This document shows positions 10,014 through 20,362 of a DNA stretch of 62,272 bases, in pieces. Source of the stretch: a bacterium (GTDB lineage: Bacteria > Bdellovibrionota_C > UBA2361 > SZUA-149 > JAQTWB01); contig JAQTWB010000010.1 of the NCBI GenBank assembly GCA_028689495.1, positions 1 through 62,272 on the forward strand. Reading direction: 5' to 3'. The notes beneath the pieces were generated by a model. The model was given only the letters and a program-made list of their open reading frames with translations, ran no database searches and was not told where the DNA came from. The position numbers were made by a program, and so were the translations under genes. Every line of letters starts with the position of its first letter. Position 1 is the stretch's first letter.

Positions 10014-11957
10014 CTACATCCTGTCTCGTACGTTGATCATCAGCGGCATATCGCCCGAAAGTCCCCACTGCTCATACACTTCCAGCCCCACTCCATTGAC
10101 ACTGCGCTGATACCACTGTCCCGATGACGGACGATAGACTGCGATATCAGCCAGGCCATCACTTTCCAGATCACTGGCAAGTGGCAAATCACCCGGCAGA
10201 CCGAACTGCACGACAGTGTTTTTGTTGTGACAATCGTATGAAGTGCGCGACGGACAGAAATACCAGTTGCCCGATTCCGGCCTCCAGACAGCAAGGTCAA
10301 CCTTGTCGTCTCCGTCAAAATCGCCGGGAATTGGCCGGTCGCCGGACAAGCCCCACTGGTAAGAGTATGTGCTGGCCTCTTCTCCTTCCTTGTGAACCTT
10401 GATGTACCAGGTTCCATTCCCCGGCCGCCAGACGGCGAAGTCGGTCATGCCATCGTTGTCGTAATCAAGTGAGAGTGGCACATCACCGGGTAGCCCCCAC
10501 TGTTCAACACGGTATGAGTTGTCGGCAAAGCGGATATACCAATTCCCTTCGCTCGGTCTCCAGACGGCGTAATCGTTAATGCCGTCTCCATCAAAATCTC
10601 CTTCCATCGGCACATCGCCCGGCAGTCCCCATTGCACAACGCGGTAACTGCTGTCCGCGTGACGGATGTACCAGTTTCCTTCGCTCGGCCGCCAAATAAC
10701 GAGCTCACTGGTCTTGTCGCCATCAAAATCACCGCGAAGCGGCACGTCCCCGGAAAGACCCCACTGAACCATGCTCACCGATTCGGAGAAGGGCTGCCTG
10801 ACATACCAGACGCCGTTTTCCGGGCGCCAGACGGCGATCTCGTCAACCTGTTCTTCTGTTTCAGCAGTAACTTTCATTCTGCGCAAACGGTCGCTCAGCG
10901 GATATGGCTTTAGTATCACCTCTCCGACGCGATCATAGCGATTGCCGTTCTGGCGACCACCCCAGGCGAGAATATGGTTGTGGTCATTAAGCGCCAGCGC
11001 CGAAGTAATGGTCCATGCCGAGCCTGAAACCAGAGCCGGAGTCAGATCCACCAGTCCGCTTTTCGTCCCGACAAGCGGCAAAGCCGAACCGCTACCAAGG
11101 TAGCTGCTGCCGACAATCACACCGGAGTTATTGACGTCGTAGACGACGACATGACTGCCGGCGAAGGGGATGTTCTCCACCGTCGGAGTCTGTGCCGCCG
11201 TGTCGAGATAAAATGTCTCGCCCTCGCCAACTTCACCGACAATAAGGCCATCATCATTTACCGCGTATGGCTTAATCGAGGTATTGCCCACCCAGTTCTG
11301 AATCACGGGAGCAGTGGCTGGTGCGTCGTAAAACATAAATTTATTCGCATAATCCCAGCCAACCAACAGTCCATTATTGTTGATGTCGGAAACTGTCCCG
11401 TAGGGCAAAACAGGATAAAAGGCCGATTGGATATTGATTTCGCCTGCTTCTGTCTGCCCCTGACGATGGCGACAGGCATAATAACCTTCCGACTGAACCC
11501 AGCAGACACTTGCTACGTACTCCCCGCTACCACTTATCGCCGTTGGCATATGCATGGAGGCGTAAGAAGTTGAACCTTTCCCATAAAATGAACTCAAACG
11601 GCCAAGCTCAGTGGTGTAACTGTAAGAATAACCACATATGGAACCGTCATCCGCAACGCCTGTCACCACACCATTCTCCCCGTTCGTCCAGCGCTGGCCG
11701 CTTATCTCTGGTGGCTCAACAGCTGCCTGAAATATTTCCTGAGTACCCCTGATGTAGCTGAAAAGATGTCCACCTGATGGAACGCGATCGAGGTTATCGA
11801 TCTTTCGCTGAACAATTACGCCGTAGTTATAGCCCGCACCGGTGCCGACATGAATTGTCGCAAGAGATTCCGCCGGCAGCGGAGATGAAGACTGGGCATG
11901 TAGATGCTGCGGCAGCAGTAGCATCAGGGACAAGACGATATATTTTTGCAATTTCAT
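10014..11957 (-). CDS. Secreted FG-GAP/VCBS-like repeat protein (beta-propeller type).
   Basis: Signal peptide MKLQKYIVLSLMLLLPQHLHAQS (start chosen at 11957). At least six C-terminal repeats of the form WRPxxGxWYxR...QWGLxGDxPxxGDFDGDGxxDxAVWRP. Confidence 0.7.
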   Translation of the reverse strand: MKLQKYIVLSLMLLLPQHLHAQSSSPLPAESLATIHVGTGAGYNYGVIVQRKIDNLDRVPSGGHLFSYIRGTQEIFQAAVEPPEISGQRWTNGENGVVTGVADDGSICGYSYSYTTELGRLSSFYGKGSTSYASMHMPTAISGSGEYVASVCWVQSEGYYACRHRQGQTEAGEINIQSAFYPVLPYGTVSDINNNGLLVGWDYANKFMFYDAPATAPVIQNWVGNTSIKPYAVNDDGLIVGEVGEGETFYLDTAAQTPTVENIPFAGSHVVVYDVNNSGVIVGSSYLGSGSALPLVGTKSGLVDLTPALVSGSAWTITSALALNDHNHILAWGGRQNGNRYDRVGEVILKPYPLSDRLRRMKVTAETEEQVDEIAVWRPENGVWYVRQPFSESVSMVQWGLSGDVPLRGDFDGDKTSELVIWRPSEGNWYIRHADSSYRVVQWGLPGDVPMEGDFDGDGINDYAVWRPSEGNWYIRFADNSYRVEQWGLPGDVPLSLDYDNDGMTDFAVWRPGNGTWYIKVHKEGEEASTYSYQWGLSGDRPIPGDFDGDDKVDLAVWRPESGNWYFCPSRTSYDCHNKNTVVQFGLPGDLPLASDLESDGLADIAVYRPSSGQWYQRSVNGVGLEVYEQWGLSGDMPLMINVRDRM

Positions 11958-12283
11958 ATCTCGGGCCATGATTTGTAGGTGGCAATTCAAATGATGTGGT
12001 TCTTCGGGCCATACCACAGTAACGATCTCAAAAAAGCAATGAGAGACTGGTTTATACTGCTCGAGATTAAGGTGTTCTAAATCGGGGAAATTAATGTGCG
12101 ACGACTATACACATTGCCATGACTGGAATGGTGGGTGATACTTCGTGCATAAGCATCGCACCGAAAAGTGTGTCGAGATATAAATGTGGGCCGTAACCAG
12201 GACAGGGCGATATGTTTTTGCGCGCTCATATTTCAGGCCTTACTGCTCGTCATTAAATAAACGCTGAAGCCATAAGGAGAAAA

Positions 12284-12583
12284 ATGCACTTCATAATTAT
12301 TGCCCGTGACGGCACAGACGCAGAAGCGGCCAATCGTAGACAAAATGCCCGTGAAGCCCACCTGAAAAATATTGCCGACAATCGGCACCACGTGCTGATG
12401 GGAGTGGCAACTCTTGATGAACAAGGGCAAATGAACGGCTCCGTGCTTGTTGTCGATTTTTCCGATCGCGAAGCTCTCGACCGCTGGCTGGCCGAGGAGC
12501 CCTATGTTGTGCAACAGGTCTGGAAGGAGATCGAGATTGTTCCGGGCAAAGTTGGACCGGCGTTTTTGAAGCAGCTGGATTGA
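12284..12583 (+). CDS. YciI-like family protein.
   Basis: 99 aa, MHFIIIARDGTDAEAANRRQNAREAHL...GSVLVVDFSDREALDRWLAEEPYV. The size and pattern fit the YciI/dimeric alpha-beta-barrel family. Confidence 0.7.
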   Translation: MHFIIIARDGTDAEAANRRQNAREAHLKNIADNRHHVLMGVATLDEQGQMNGSVLVVDFSDREALDRWLAEEPYVVQQVWKEIEIVPGKVGPAFLKQLD

Positions 12584-12715
12584 CCAAGAAATGTGCCGGC
12601 GCCCATGTGCGCCGGACAACTAAACCATATGCCGTTTCAAAAGGGGTCTTAACTTTCAGCTGAAATAATCAAAGAATTTTCAGCCTTTTCATAATTGAAA
12701 CGCTATAACAGAAGC

Positions 12716-13867
12716 TCACAAGTCTCCTTCACGAAACACATCCAGATAGGGCTTGAACACGAACATCCGGTTTCGACTTTGTCCTGTGGTTTCTTTTAAA
12801 ATATTGTGCCTGCACATCAAAGCAATGAGCTCGTTTGCCGGGCCATAATTGACCTGACAAACCTTGGCAGCTTGTTCGATATTGATGAAGGGGTGCTTGA
12901 ACAAATGTTGCAGAAGGACATAGCCTCTGGAGGAGCGCCTTCCAAACTGGGTCTGTATCAGATTCTCTATTTGTAGCTTCAGCTCAATGATCTTTTTTAA
13001 CGCATCGCAGGCATCCGTTGCGGTTTGCTCGACTCCGACCAGGAAGTACTTTATCCATTGCATCATATCGTTCTTTGTTCTTACAAAAGTAAGATTGTCG
13101 TAGTAGAGGTGCTTGTTCCTTTCGAAAAAGACCGACAGATACAGCAGCGGCTGCTCCAGCATTCCGACGCTCACCAGGAATAATGTTATGAGCAGTCTTC
13201 CAATTCGGCCATTGCCATCCAAAAACGGATGTATCGTTTCAAACTGATAGTGAGCTATTGCAATGCGAATCAGTTCCGGCAACTGCAATTCGTCGTTGTG
13301 GATGAACATTTCAAGATCAGTCATCAGATCCGGCACAAGGTCCGGATGAGGAGGAATAAATGTCGCATCGGCAAGACTGGCTCCACCGATCCAGTTCTGA
13401 CTGGTGCGGAACTCACCGGGCATTTTATGTTGACCTCTTACACTGTCCAGAAGAATGCGGTGCACCTGCTTCAGCAACCGCGATGAGATCGGCAGCGTCC
13501 GGAGTTCCTGGATGGCGAGATTAAGAGCCGTAATATAATTGTGAACCTCTTTCCAGTCGTTTCGTCGCTCGGGATTGATTTCCTCCTCAGGAAGTAGAGC
13601 TTCATCAATGTTTGTCTGCGTCCCTTCAATTCGGCTTGAAAGAACCGCCTCCTTTGTCACATGCAGCTGGATAAAAAGGTTGATATCCGGAACCAACCGG
13701 GCGCAGGCATTCAACTCACCCAACTTGACCGCACTTTTCTCAAGTAAATGATTGAGCTCCACCGACGACCATTCCCAGGAGCTGTTAATCCTGGTTGGGA
13801 CAAAATATTTATACTGGTACCCCTTTTCGTAACTTCCGGCGCTGTATTGGCTTAAATTTATTGACAT
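12716..13867 (-). CDS. Fic/DOC family protein (putative AMPylase) with a C-terminal wHTH.
   Basis: Canonical Fic motif HPFLDGNGRIGR, inside ...AHYQFETIHPFLDGNGRIGRLLITL. Confidence 0.85.
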   Translation of the reverse strand: MSINLSQYSAGSYEKGYQYKYFVPTRINSSWEWSSVELNHLLEKSAVKLGELNACARLVPDINLFIQLHVTKEAVLSSRIEGTQTNIDEALLPEEEINPERRNDWKEVHNYITALNLAIQELRTLPISSRLLKQVHRILLDSVRGQHKMPGEFRTSQNWIGGASLADATFIPPHPDLVPDLMTDLEMFIHNDELQLPELIRIAIAHYQFETIHPFLDGNGRIGRLLITLFLVSVGMLEQPLLYLSVFFERNKHLYYDNLTFVRTKNDMMQWIKYFLVGVEQTATDACDALKKIIELKLQIENLIQTQFGRRSSRGYVLLQHLFKHPFINIEQAAKVCQVNYGPANELIALMCRHNILKETTGQSRNRMFVFKPYLDVFREGDL

Positions 13868-13904
13868 AATTCGGTATCAGGACCTTGGTTGCCATGATGG
13901 CAAA

Positions 13905-13996
13905 CTGAAAGTGAATAGATTGTTATTTCATTTTGTAGCACCGAAAGTGAAATAACGAAAACATTATTTCACTTTACGGCACCAATATGAAATAAC
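13905..13996. promoter_or_regulatory. Putative operator/promoter upstream of fic: a perfect 11-bp-arm palindrome AAGTGAAATAA-N8-TTATTTCACTT (13945-13974) plus two further TGAAATAAC-like half-sites.
   Basis: Direct reading of inverted repeats 40-130 bp upstream of the fic start. Confidence 0.45.
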
Positions 13997-14054
13997 GGGG
14001 TTGCTGTTTTTGATAACCTCGCGCCATGCCTTCCCCGGGATCTGCCCGCCCAAG

Positions 14055-14144
14055 GGTCAGACCGAACGTGGTGCAACAGGTCTGGAAGGAGATCGAGATT
14101 GTTCCGGGCAAGGTCGGGCCGGCATTCTTGAAACAGGCGAACTA
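14055..14144 (+). pseudogene. 3'-terminal stub of a second yciI-like gene (…VVQQVWKEIEIVPGKVGPAFLKQAN*).
   Basis: About 85% nt identity to 12506-12583, the 3' end of the intact yciI. There is no upstream coding continuation. Confidence 0.5.
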
Positions 14145-14151
14145 AGCCAAA

Positions 14152-14772
14152 CTACTCACCGACCATGCTCAATTGCTTTCCATCAAACTGCAAGACAGGC
14201 TTCCATGGCCCGCCAGTTGGCCCGACACTGATAAAGGATTTCTCGTAACTGCCGTTGTCGTATGTCTGATATGAGGTGCAGTCTTTGATATCCGCCGACT
14301 CCTCGGCGCTTACTTCAGGCCAGGCCGAGATTTCGGCATAGCTGCCATTTTTCTCCAGCCGATAATATTTATACTCCTGACAATTGGGCTCCTCCTTTGG
14401 GCAACCGTGCAGCATGAACACCAGACTATCCCCCGGCATCAGCCTTGGTGTCACGGAAAACCGCGAGGCATCATCGCGCCAGCGTGCGGGCGCCGCAATT
14501 GCTACAACCCGCTCCAACTTGCTGGTTTCAGCGGCATAAAGATAAATCTCGGCCTTCACATCACTCACCGATGGAATACCGCGACTCCAGCCAGTCATGT
14601 CACCAAGCAAGGGATAGTGGAGATTATAGCTCGTCAAACCAACGGCAATTTGAGCGCACTCCTTTCCGGCACTATCACCGCTGACCCTGACCGAGAGCTC
14701 CGCCGGACCTTTGCAGGCAATGAGGAAGAGCAGTAGCAGAGCCGTGAGCGGGGGGCGAAATGGGGAATTCAT
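14152..14772 (-). CDS. Hypothetical lipoprotein.
   Basis: Signal peptide plus lipobox: MNSPFRPPLTALLLLFLIAC|KG. Confidence 0.45.
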   Translation of the reverse strand: MNSPFRPPLTALLLLFLIACKGPAELSVRVSGDSAGKECAQIAVGLTSYNLHYPLLGDMTGWSRGIPSVSDVKAEIYLYAAETSKLERVVAIAAPARWRDDASRFSVTPRLMPGDSLVFMLHGCPKEEPNCQEYKYYRLEKNGSYAEISAWPEVSAEESADIKDCTSYQTYDNGSYEKSFISVGPTGGPWKPVLQFDGKQLSMVGE

Positions 14773-14904
14773 TCTCAGGTCGCTCCACTTGAAAGTCATG
14801 CGTGGTTGATATGCGTTTTACGGATGTATTTAAGTCTGTCATACCTGATATCGGCAAATGACTGCCAGCTGGAAATTTGGTGTGTGGGACCCGGCTCCAG
14901 TGTT

Positions 14905-15816
14905 TTACTCTTCGTTAAAATAATCTGTATCGACGGCCTTAAGTTGAAATGTCTTCCTAGTAGACACGCCAACACCAAAATCAATCATATATTGGGCAAG
15001 CTGTTCGCCATCGATAAGAACAATTTTACTATCAAGACCAGAGGCGAAATCTCGCGCGCCCTGACTGAAAGTTGAAGTTGTGATAAACACTCCTTTACGC
15101 GCTCTGACACCCTGGAGAGTACCAGCGAACTTTTGAATTTCCGGTCACTGAACTGACTGCTCCCAGCGCTTCGCCTGAATGTAAATTGTATCAAGGCCCA
15201 AACGATCTTCTTTAATGATTCCGTCAATGCCGCCATCGTTGGAGTAAGATGTCGCCTCGGCATTACCTTGCAGATCTCCGCCGTAACCCATGGCTACCAA
15301 TAGATCGACAACCATCTTCTCAAAGAATGCCGGTGAAGCGGACTTGACCTGTTCGAGGATTTCGTCAGCAAGCTGAGAATGTATCTGCTTATAGTAGTAA
15401 CTCAGCTGTTCATCTGGAGTCCGTTCGGACGGTGAGAGGATGGCTTGCCGAGAAACGGGTTCCTGTTCATTACTTTTGACCTTGAACTCGAGAAAATCTG
15501 AAAATCGCGAGAGCAACTCATTATCAATCCCCTCCGGCCCTTCCAACAACACCCCCTTACCCCGCGCGGTAATTTTTACCGTCCCGCGTCGTGGTGACTC
15601 CAACAACCCCGCTTTCTTCAGATAGGTTTTGGCCCAGCCAACCCTGTTGCGCATATAGGTTGACTGTCCACTTGGAAGGCGGCTCTTTCGCTCCTCCTCA
15701 TCCAGAGCAAAATGCACCGTCATCGCCTCTACGCAATCATTAAATGTGTATATCTCACCATTCTCAATATGTTGAAGAAGTGGCAGCATAATTGTTTGAT
15801 AATCAGGAATCGGCAT
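14905..15816 (-). pseudogene. mrr: mrr, type IV methyl-directed restriction endonuclease, interrupted by an in-frame TGA (15145-15147).
   Basis: The N-terminal Mrr_N region (MPIPDYQTIMLPLL...) and the catalytic region (GIDGIIKEDRLGLDTIYIQAKRW...) are in the same frame as the downstream PEIQKFAGTLQGVRARKGVFITTSTFSQGARDFA...IVLIDGEQLAQYMIDFGVGV. A single TGA sits where Mrr proteins have the Arg of the conserved G-R-PEIQ segment, consistent with CGA>TGA. Confidence 0.8.
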
Positions 15817-15952
15817 GCAGCAGGTTTCCGTTCTATGCTTGTATTGGGCGAATCGTTGTTGTCATTGTCTTTCCGGACAGTCGGGCAAGTAAGTATTTTA
15901 ATCAGAGTCAGTTTGGCGTCGATCAGCGATGAATGGATTTACATCTTTACCG

Positions 15953-17995
15953 TCAGTCAATAATTGCCTTAAGCAAAGCATCCCTTGCGTCAGAGTAAAA
16001 CTGAATATCGATCTTTGTTGCCATATCATCTGTTAAATCGATCAACTGGCGGCGACATGAGACCGGCATAAGTAACGCAGCCGCTCCTTTTTCAACTGCG
16101 ATTTCAGCAAGAGTAACCGGATTGTGCACGGGCTCAATTGAGCCCCCAAGATTTATTTCCCCAACAATTATCAGCCCACCTCGCACACTCTTTTTCAGTA
16201 GAGATGTACAAAGAGCGATTAATGCCGCTACTCCCAGTTTTGCACCGGCCTTGGAGGCATCAAATGCTCGCAGCTGTACTGTAAACTCATGTTGACGGGC
16301 ATCCTTGTCACCAACAAGTTGTGCCGAACGCGCGTAAAGGTTCTGCTCAGCATAGCCAAGACTCTCCCTGAATGCTGGCGGGACTGGTTTGTTGAGAATC
16401 TTAACCCCCGAGCCTCGGCCTTCATTTATCTCGATACGATAAAGTCCGGGATGATCGTCATTTCCCCCCGGGCTGATACTCCAGACCTGTCCTGGCTCAA
16501 GAGGGTCCCCGCCGACACAATTTTCGCTATTCAACTCGGGGGTGTTGACGAATTTTTCAACTCCATTGGCACCCATAACGTAACTAAAGTGGGTATTGCG
16601 AAACTCGGCGGCACCAATACGTTTTTGCTGTTCTTTAACCCGACGTCTTGACTCCATGGCGATACGAACTGCCCATTCGAGGTCATCCTCTGCAACATCC
16701 CCACCTCCAGGATAGAGAAGTTTTAGCAAACCACTGATTGTCTTGTTGACCGCAGTTGTATCCCGACCAGAAAGGGACCCCCCAAAGAAAACATGGTTCT
16801 GAAGGATACTAATGCGGCTCTGGCGGCGAAGCTGGCTCCAGCATTCGGATAGAAAGTCACTAACTAAACCAAAATGGTTGGTTAACAGCTCCTTGCTGAT
16901 TTTTGGCACATCCCAACCGGGCAAAAAGGCATGAATGCGATCCATGAATGCAGTATCATCTTTCATCTCCGGCGGCATTGGCCCGAACAAATGTCCGATG
17001 CGTTGCTGATGTTCCACATCGACATCGAAGTTACCAACCATCACGATACTGCCATCGGCTCGGATGCTTTCCTTGCCGCGGCTGAATTCGCCGGACTCCA
17101 TGTAGCCCTTCATGATGTTCACGCCGTCTTTCTGATCAAAAGAGATACCAGATACTTCATCAAAGCAGACTACATCGTATTGGCAGACCAATCCTCGCTG
17201 ACCAGTAGCGTTGTGGACAAACATCTGCGCAACTGTTGCTTTACCCCCAGAAATCAAGTGCGCGTACGGAGAGATTTGCTGGAATAGGTGACTTTTCCCT
17301 GTTCCCCGGGGTCCGAGTTCCACCAAATTGTAGTTACGCTCGACAAAAGGCACCATTCGCAACAACAGCGCATCGCGTTGTCGCTCGCTCAATCCGCCTG
17401 GTTCAATGCCGACAGACCGCAACAAAAATGTCTTCCACTGGTCAGTGGAGAACGACTTACGGGCCTCAGCTAACACATCAAGAACATCTCGCTTAGATAA
17501 CTGAATTTCCCGAAGGCCCGTGACTCCAAATGGTCGCCCCTTACTTTCCTGTGCAATAGTGACATCAAAGGTTAAAGTAATCTCGGCATAAAAACCGCCA
17601 GTCAACATACGCTCGTGCCGGTTAACCAATGCACCGCTTATACGAACTTCGTTTAAGCGCAGGCTAGGTAAAGTCGCGACATACTCCCCTTTATTGTCGA
17701 CACGAGCGGTAATACGGTCGATGATTTTCACCTCACCCGTTTCAAGCGCCCTGGCCTTAAAAAGCTCCTCCTCTCCCGCCTTGACCGTTCTGGATTTAAG
17801 TTGCCTCTCGACAATTTCAAGGCCCTCATTTATCTCATCCTGGTCTACGCTGGCGCAGTATCGGCCAAGTAAAAACTCAACGACGTAAGTCGGCACAGGG
17901 AACTGGCGGCTAAACGTCCGAACCAGATCCTTGCGAACCAGGTAGCCCTCTAAAGAGGATGCCGCTTTATTGTCGATTTGATCCATTTCAATCAT
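15953..17995 (-). CDS. brxL: BREX Lon-protease-like protein BrxL.
   Basis: 680 aa. The N-terminus (MIEMDQIDNKAASSLEGYLVRKDLVRTFSRQFPVPTYVVEFLLGRYCASVDQDEI) matches the characteristic BrxL start. It has an ATPase P-loop GPRGTGKSHLF and a Lon-like C-terminus. Its start overlaps the pglZ stop (ATGA). Confidence 0.85.
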   Translation of the reverse strand: MIEMDQIDNKAASSLEGYLVRKDLVRTFSRQFPVPTYVVEFLLGRYCASVDQDEINEGLEIVERQLKSRTVKAGEEELFKARALETGEVKIIDRITARVDNKGEYVATLPSLRLNEVRISGALVNRHERMLTGGFYAEITLTFDVTIAQESKGRPFGVTGLREIQLSKRDVLDVLAEARKSFSTDQWKTFLLRSVGIEPGGLSERQRDALLLRMVPFVERNYNLVELGPRGTGKSHLFQQISPYAHLISGGKATVAQMFVHNATGQRGLVCQYDVVCFDEVSGISFDQKDGVNIMKGYMESGEFSRGKESIRADGSIVMVGNFDVDVEHQQRIGHLFGPMPPEMKDDTAFMDRIHAFLPGWDVPKISKELLTNHFGLVSDFLSECWSQLRRQSRISILQNHVFFGGSLSGRDTTAVNKTISGLLKLLYPGGGDVAEDDLEWAVRIAMESRRRVKEQQKRIGAAEFRNTHFSYVMGANGVEKFVNTPELNSENCVGGDPLEPGQVWSISPGGNDDHPGLYRIEINEGRGSGVKILNKPVPPAFRESLGYAEQNLYARSAQLVGDKDARQHEFTVQLRAFDASKAGAKLGVAALIALCTSLLKKSVRGGLIIVGEINLGGSIEPVHNPVTLAEIAVEKGAAALLMPVSCRRQLIDLTDDMATKIDIQFYSDARDALLKAIID

Positions 17996-20337
17996 GTAAG
18001 ACCTCCACCAATTACTGTGGCGATTTGCGCAACCAGCGACCCACCACCATCGATCAGCACCACTGTTGCTTGCGCCCCCTCCATGTCCTCGTCTTCGACA
18101 ACAACGGAGGCCGTGCCGTTATCTTTAAGCGGTTTGCGGCCTAAGATCACACTGGACGATGAGTTACCAGCTTGGCGACGAATATCCAGTGATAAACCTG
18201 AAAAATTACCATCCACTGCCACAGTGCAGCGCAACCCCTTCCACACCACGTTGGTAAATCCGACAATTCCCGACACCGCGCTACGCGTGACCGTTAATTG
18301 CAGCGTCAGGCACTCCTGCAGGCTAAGGCCGCCATGGGTGTATTCTTCTCCGTTTTTGAAACAGCTCACACCATCAGCAAGCGCAAAATGCTGCTCCGGA
18401 TTCCAGTACCATGGATAAAGCCGCTCGTTAGAAACGGCCCCGGGTTTTAACGAGGCGCATCTGCCCCACTTGTTATCCGCTAAGGCACTGGGAAGATCGA
18501 TCTTGGGCAATCCACCCGGCAACAATAACCAACCGTGGTCGGTAACGACCCGAACACGTGCCCATCCAGCTTTTAAGAGCTCCGCGATCCGGTTCGCTAT
18601 CTCCAGAATCAGGGCATCAATGTTCCTGGCAAGTTTACACCCTCGGTTGTGACCCTCGTGGTCGATATCACCAAACTCGCACCAGGCCATGCCCTGGCCA
18701 TGGCCATCGGCAGAAGGTTTCAGAATTGACCACCCCGCATCGGTCAATAATTTCTTCAGGTGGTAGCCGCCCTTTAATGACTGGCCAGTGTCGACCACGG
18801 ACGGCTCAAAATCAGGACTTTCATCCTTTCCCCGAATTTTGTCTCGTACCGGAGTAACTGCAGCCTTACCCGTTGCCGTTACGCTCGGCAAGGCGGCCCA
18901 GATAGGCTCCTCGAAAATATCAAGCCCTCGCCCCTCCAAATACCCGACCAGTCGCTTCCCAGCATCAAAGCGGAGTCCATCAACAAACAGGATACAATCA
19001 CCAGTGCGGAATGTTTCCGTATTTGCAGTAAGGCAGGAGCCGCCAGGATAGGATGCACCATCGACCGACTTCTGAAGATAGCGAGCCGAATCCTCAATCC
19101 ACGGCAGGTAAACGCAACGGATAGCTGTCGTCACGGCCTCAAAGTCTGCAGGAATATCGACTTGAGCCAATGCCCGTATCAATCCGTCATCTACCAGCCA
19201 TCCTTGACTGCAATAACCAGCCGCGATTTCGTCAACCGAACCTGCGGCAAGTCCACTTTTCGTGTTCTCAGCAATAATCGCCAGATATTCCAATGTGCAG
19301 GCCAAGGGCGTAGCACCCAATTCGGCCCAGACTGAATTACGCCTTAACCCATGCTGGTGTTCCAGCTCGGTGATTTTAATCCTCGCGTCATGCGCAGGGA
19401 CATTGACCAGCGCCATTAGATCGCGGCGAAGACAATTCTCCTGATCATCACTCCATTGAGGCCAGCCATCTTTAGTTCCATCATCATTTAACCAAAATAG
19501 ATCCTTGCTAGGGGGCTGGCATTTTCTAATCTGTGAAGGGATATTAGGATAGCGCTTAGGCGCTTCGCAATAACGCTCCCAAACTGCCTGCCAGGGCCCC
19601 TCGTGGTTCGCTAGGCGGGTCGCACCAGCTAACAGACCGTCGTTGTCAGGGTTAAAAATCAATTGTGACTTGCAAACCTCAATGAAAGCTTTCCATTCGT
19701 TCTCACCACGGCTCGCTTGAAACGCATCCCCCCGATCAAGCCACTGCAGCAAATCTCGAATCGGGTCGCCACCTGTCAACAGGGTGTTGAAGTAATCTTT
19801 ATCCAGACGCTTGCCCCTCAATAACGAAACATCCTCATCGAGAAGGCGATACAGCGCGAGTTGCATGGCATTCTTGGCATCGTTATCCTGGGCCACGTCC
19901 AGCCCAAGACCACCTTGTTCGGATTTCAAATAGGCCAGGATTGTCCAATCCTTCGCATTTATTTGTGACCAGATCACGCCCCGGTATTGCAGTTCAGCAA
20001 GCGGCTTCAAGTTGTCCGGGCAACTTTCAATAGCCCGCAGGTCCTGTCGGCTGACGCCCGGCAGATAAAAAATCGGTGTCCGATCCTTGGGCAGAGAAAC
20101 ACCCTCGGCATAACCAGCCATCGCGCAGCGCAGCCAAATCGCCGGCCCAGTGCGCTTGTCTGGCGCATAGTCGCCGAGAATCAGCAGTTCAGGCAGCTCT
20201 GCCTGAAGAACGGGAATGACGGCTTCCCACTGTCGCTCGCGATCCGGCCACAGAATACATGCAGGTGCGACCTGAGCCTCCGGGTTGAACACTGCGGCAT
20301 CGCGAATGGATTTCAGGAGATGATCAAGCACTCTCAT
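17992..20337 (-). CDS. pglZ: BREX alkaline-phosphatase-superfamily protein PglZ (BrxZ).
   Basis: 781 aa. Lies between the pglX-side genes and brxL in canonical BREX type 1 order. Its first ~70 aa are duplicated at 23141 and 25197. Confidence 0.8.
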   Translation of the reverse strand: MRVLDHLLKSIRDAAVFNPEAQVAPACILWPDRERQWEAVIPVLQAELPELLILGDYAPDKRTGPAIWLRCAMAGYAEGVSLPKDRTPIFYLPGVSRQDLRAIESCPDNLKPLAELQYRGVIWSQINAKDWTILAYLKSEQGGLGLDVAQDNDAKNAMQLALYRLLDEDVSLLRGKRLDKDYFNTLLTGGDPIRDLLQWLDRGDAFQASRGENEWKAFIEVCKSQLIFNPDNDGLLAGATRLANHEGPWQAVWERYCEAPKRYPNIPSQIRKCQPPSKDLFWLNDDGTKDGWPQWSDDQENCLRRDLMALVNVPAHDARIKITELEHQHGLRRNSVWAELGATPLACTLEYLAIIAENTKSGLAAGSVDEIAAGYCSQGWLVDDGLIRALAQVDIPADFEAVTTAIRCVYLPWIEDSARYLQKSVDGASYPGGSCLTANTETFRTGDCILFVDGLRFDAGKRLVGYLEGRGLDIFEEPIWAALPSVTATGKAAVTPVRDKIRGKDESPDFEPSVVDTGQSLKGGYHLKKLLTDAGWSILKPSADGHGQGMAWCEFGDIDHEGHNRGCKLARNIDALILEIANRIAELLKAGWARVRVVTDHGWLLLPGGLPKIDLPSALADNKWGRCASLKPGAVSNERLYPWYWNPEQHFALADGVSCFKNGEEYTHGGLSLQECLTLQLTVTRSAVSGIVGFTNVVWKGLRCTVAVDGNFSGLSLDIRRQAGNSSSSVILGRKPLKDNGTASVVVEDEDMEGAQATVVLIDGGGSLVAQIATVIGGGLT

Positions 20338-20362
20338 GGGCGATACCCTCGCCGTAATCTAA

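Noticed and set aside
12233-12619. ORF on the minus strand overlapping yciI.
   Set aside because: Shadow of the well-supported yciI gene.
15145-15147. The in-frame TGA in mrr read as selenocysteine or programmed readthrough.
   Set aside because: It replaces a conserved Arg (CGA) codon. No SECIS-like hairpin lies downstream. Mrr is not a selenoprotein family. Nonsense mutation or sequencing error is far more likely.
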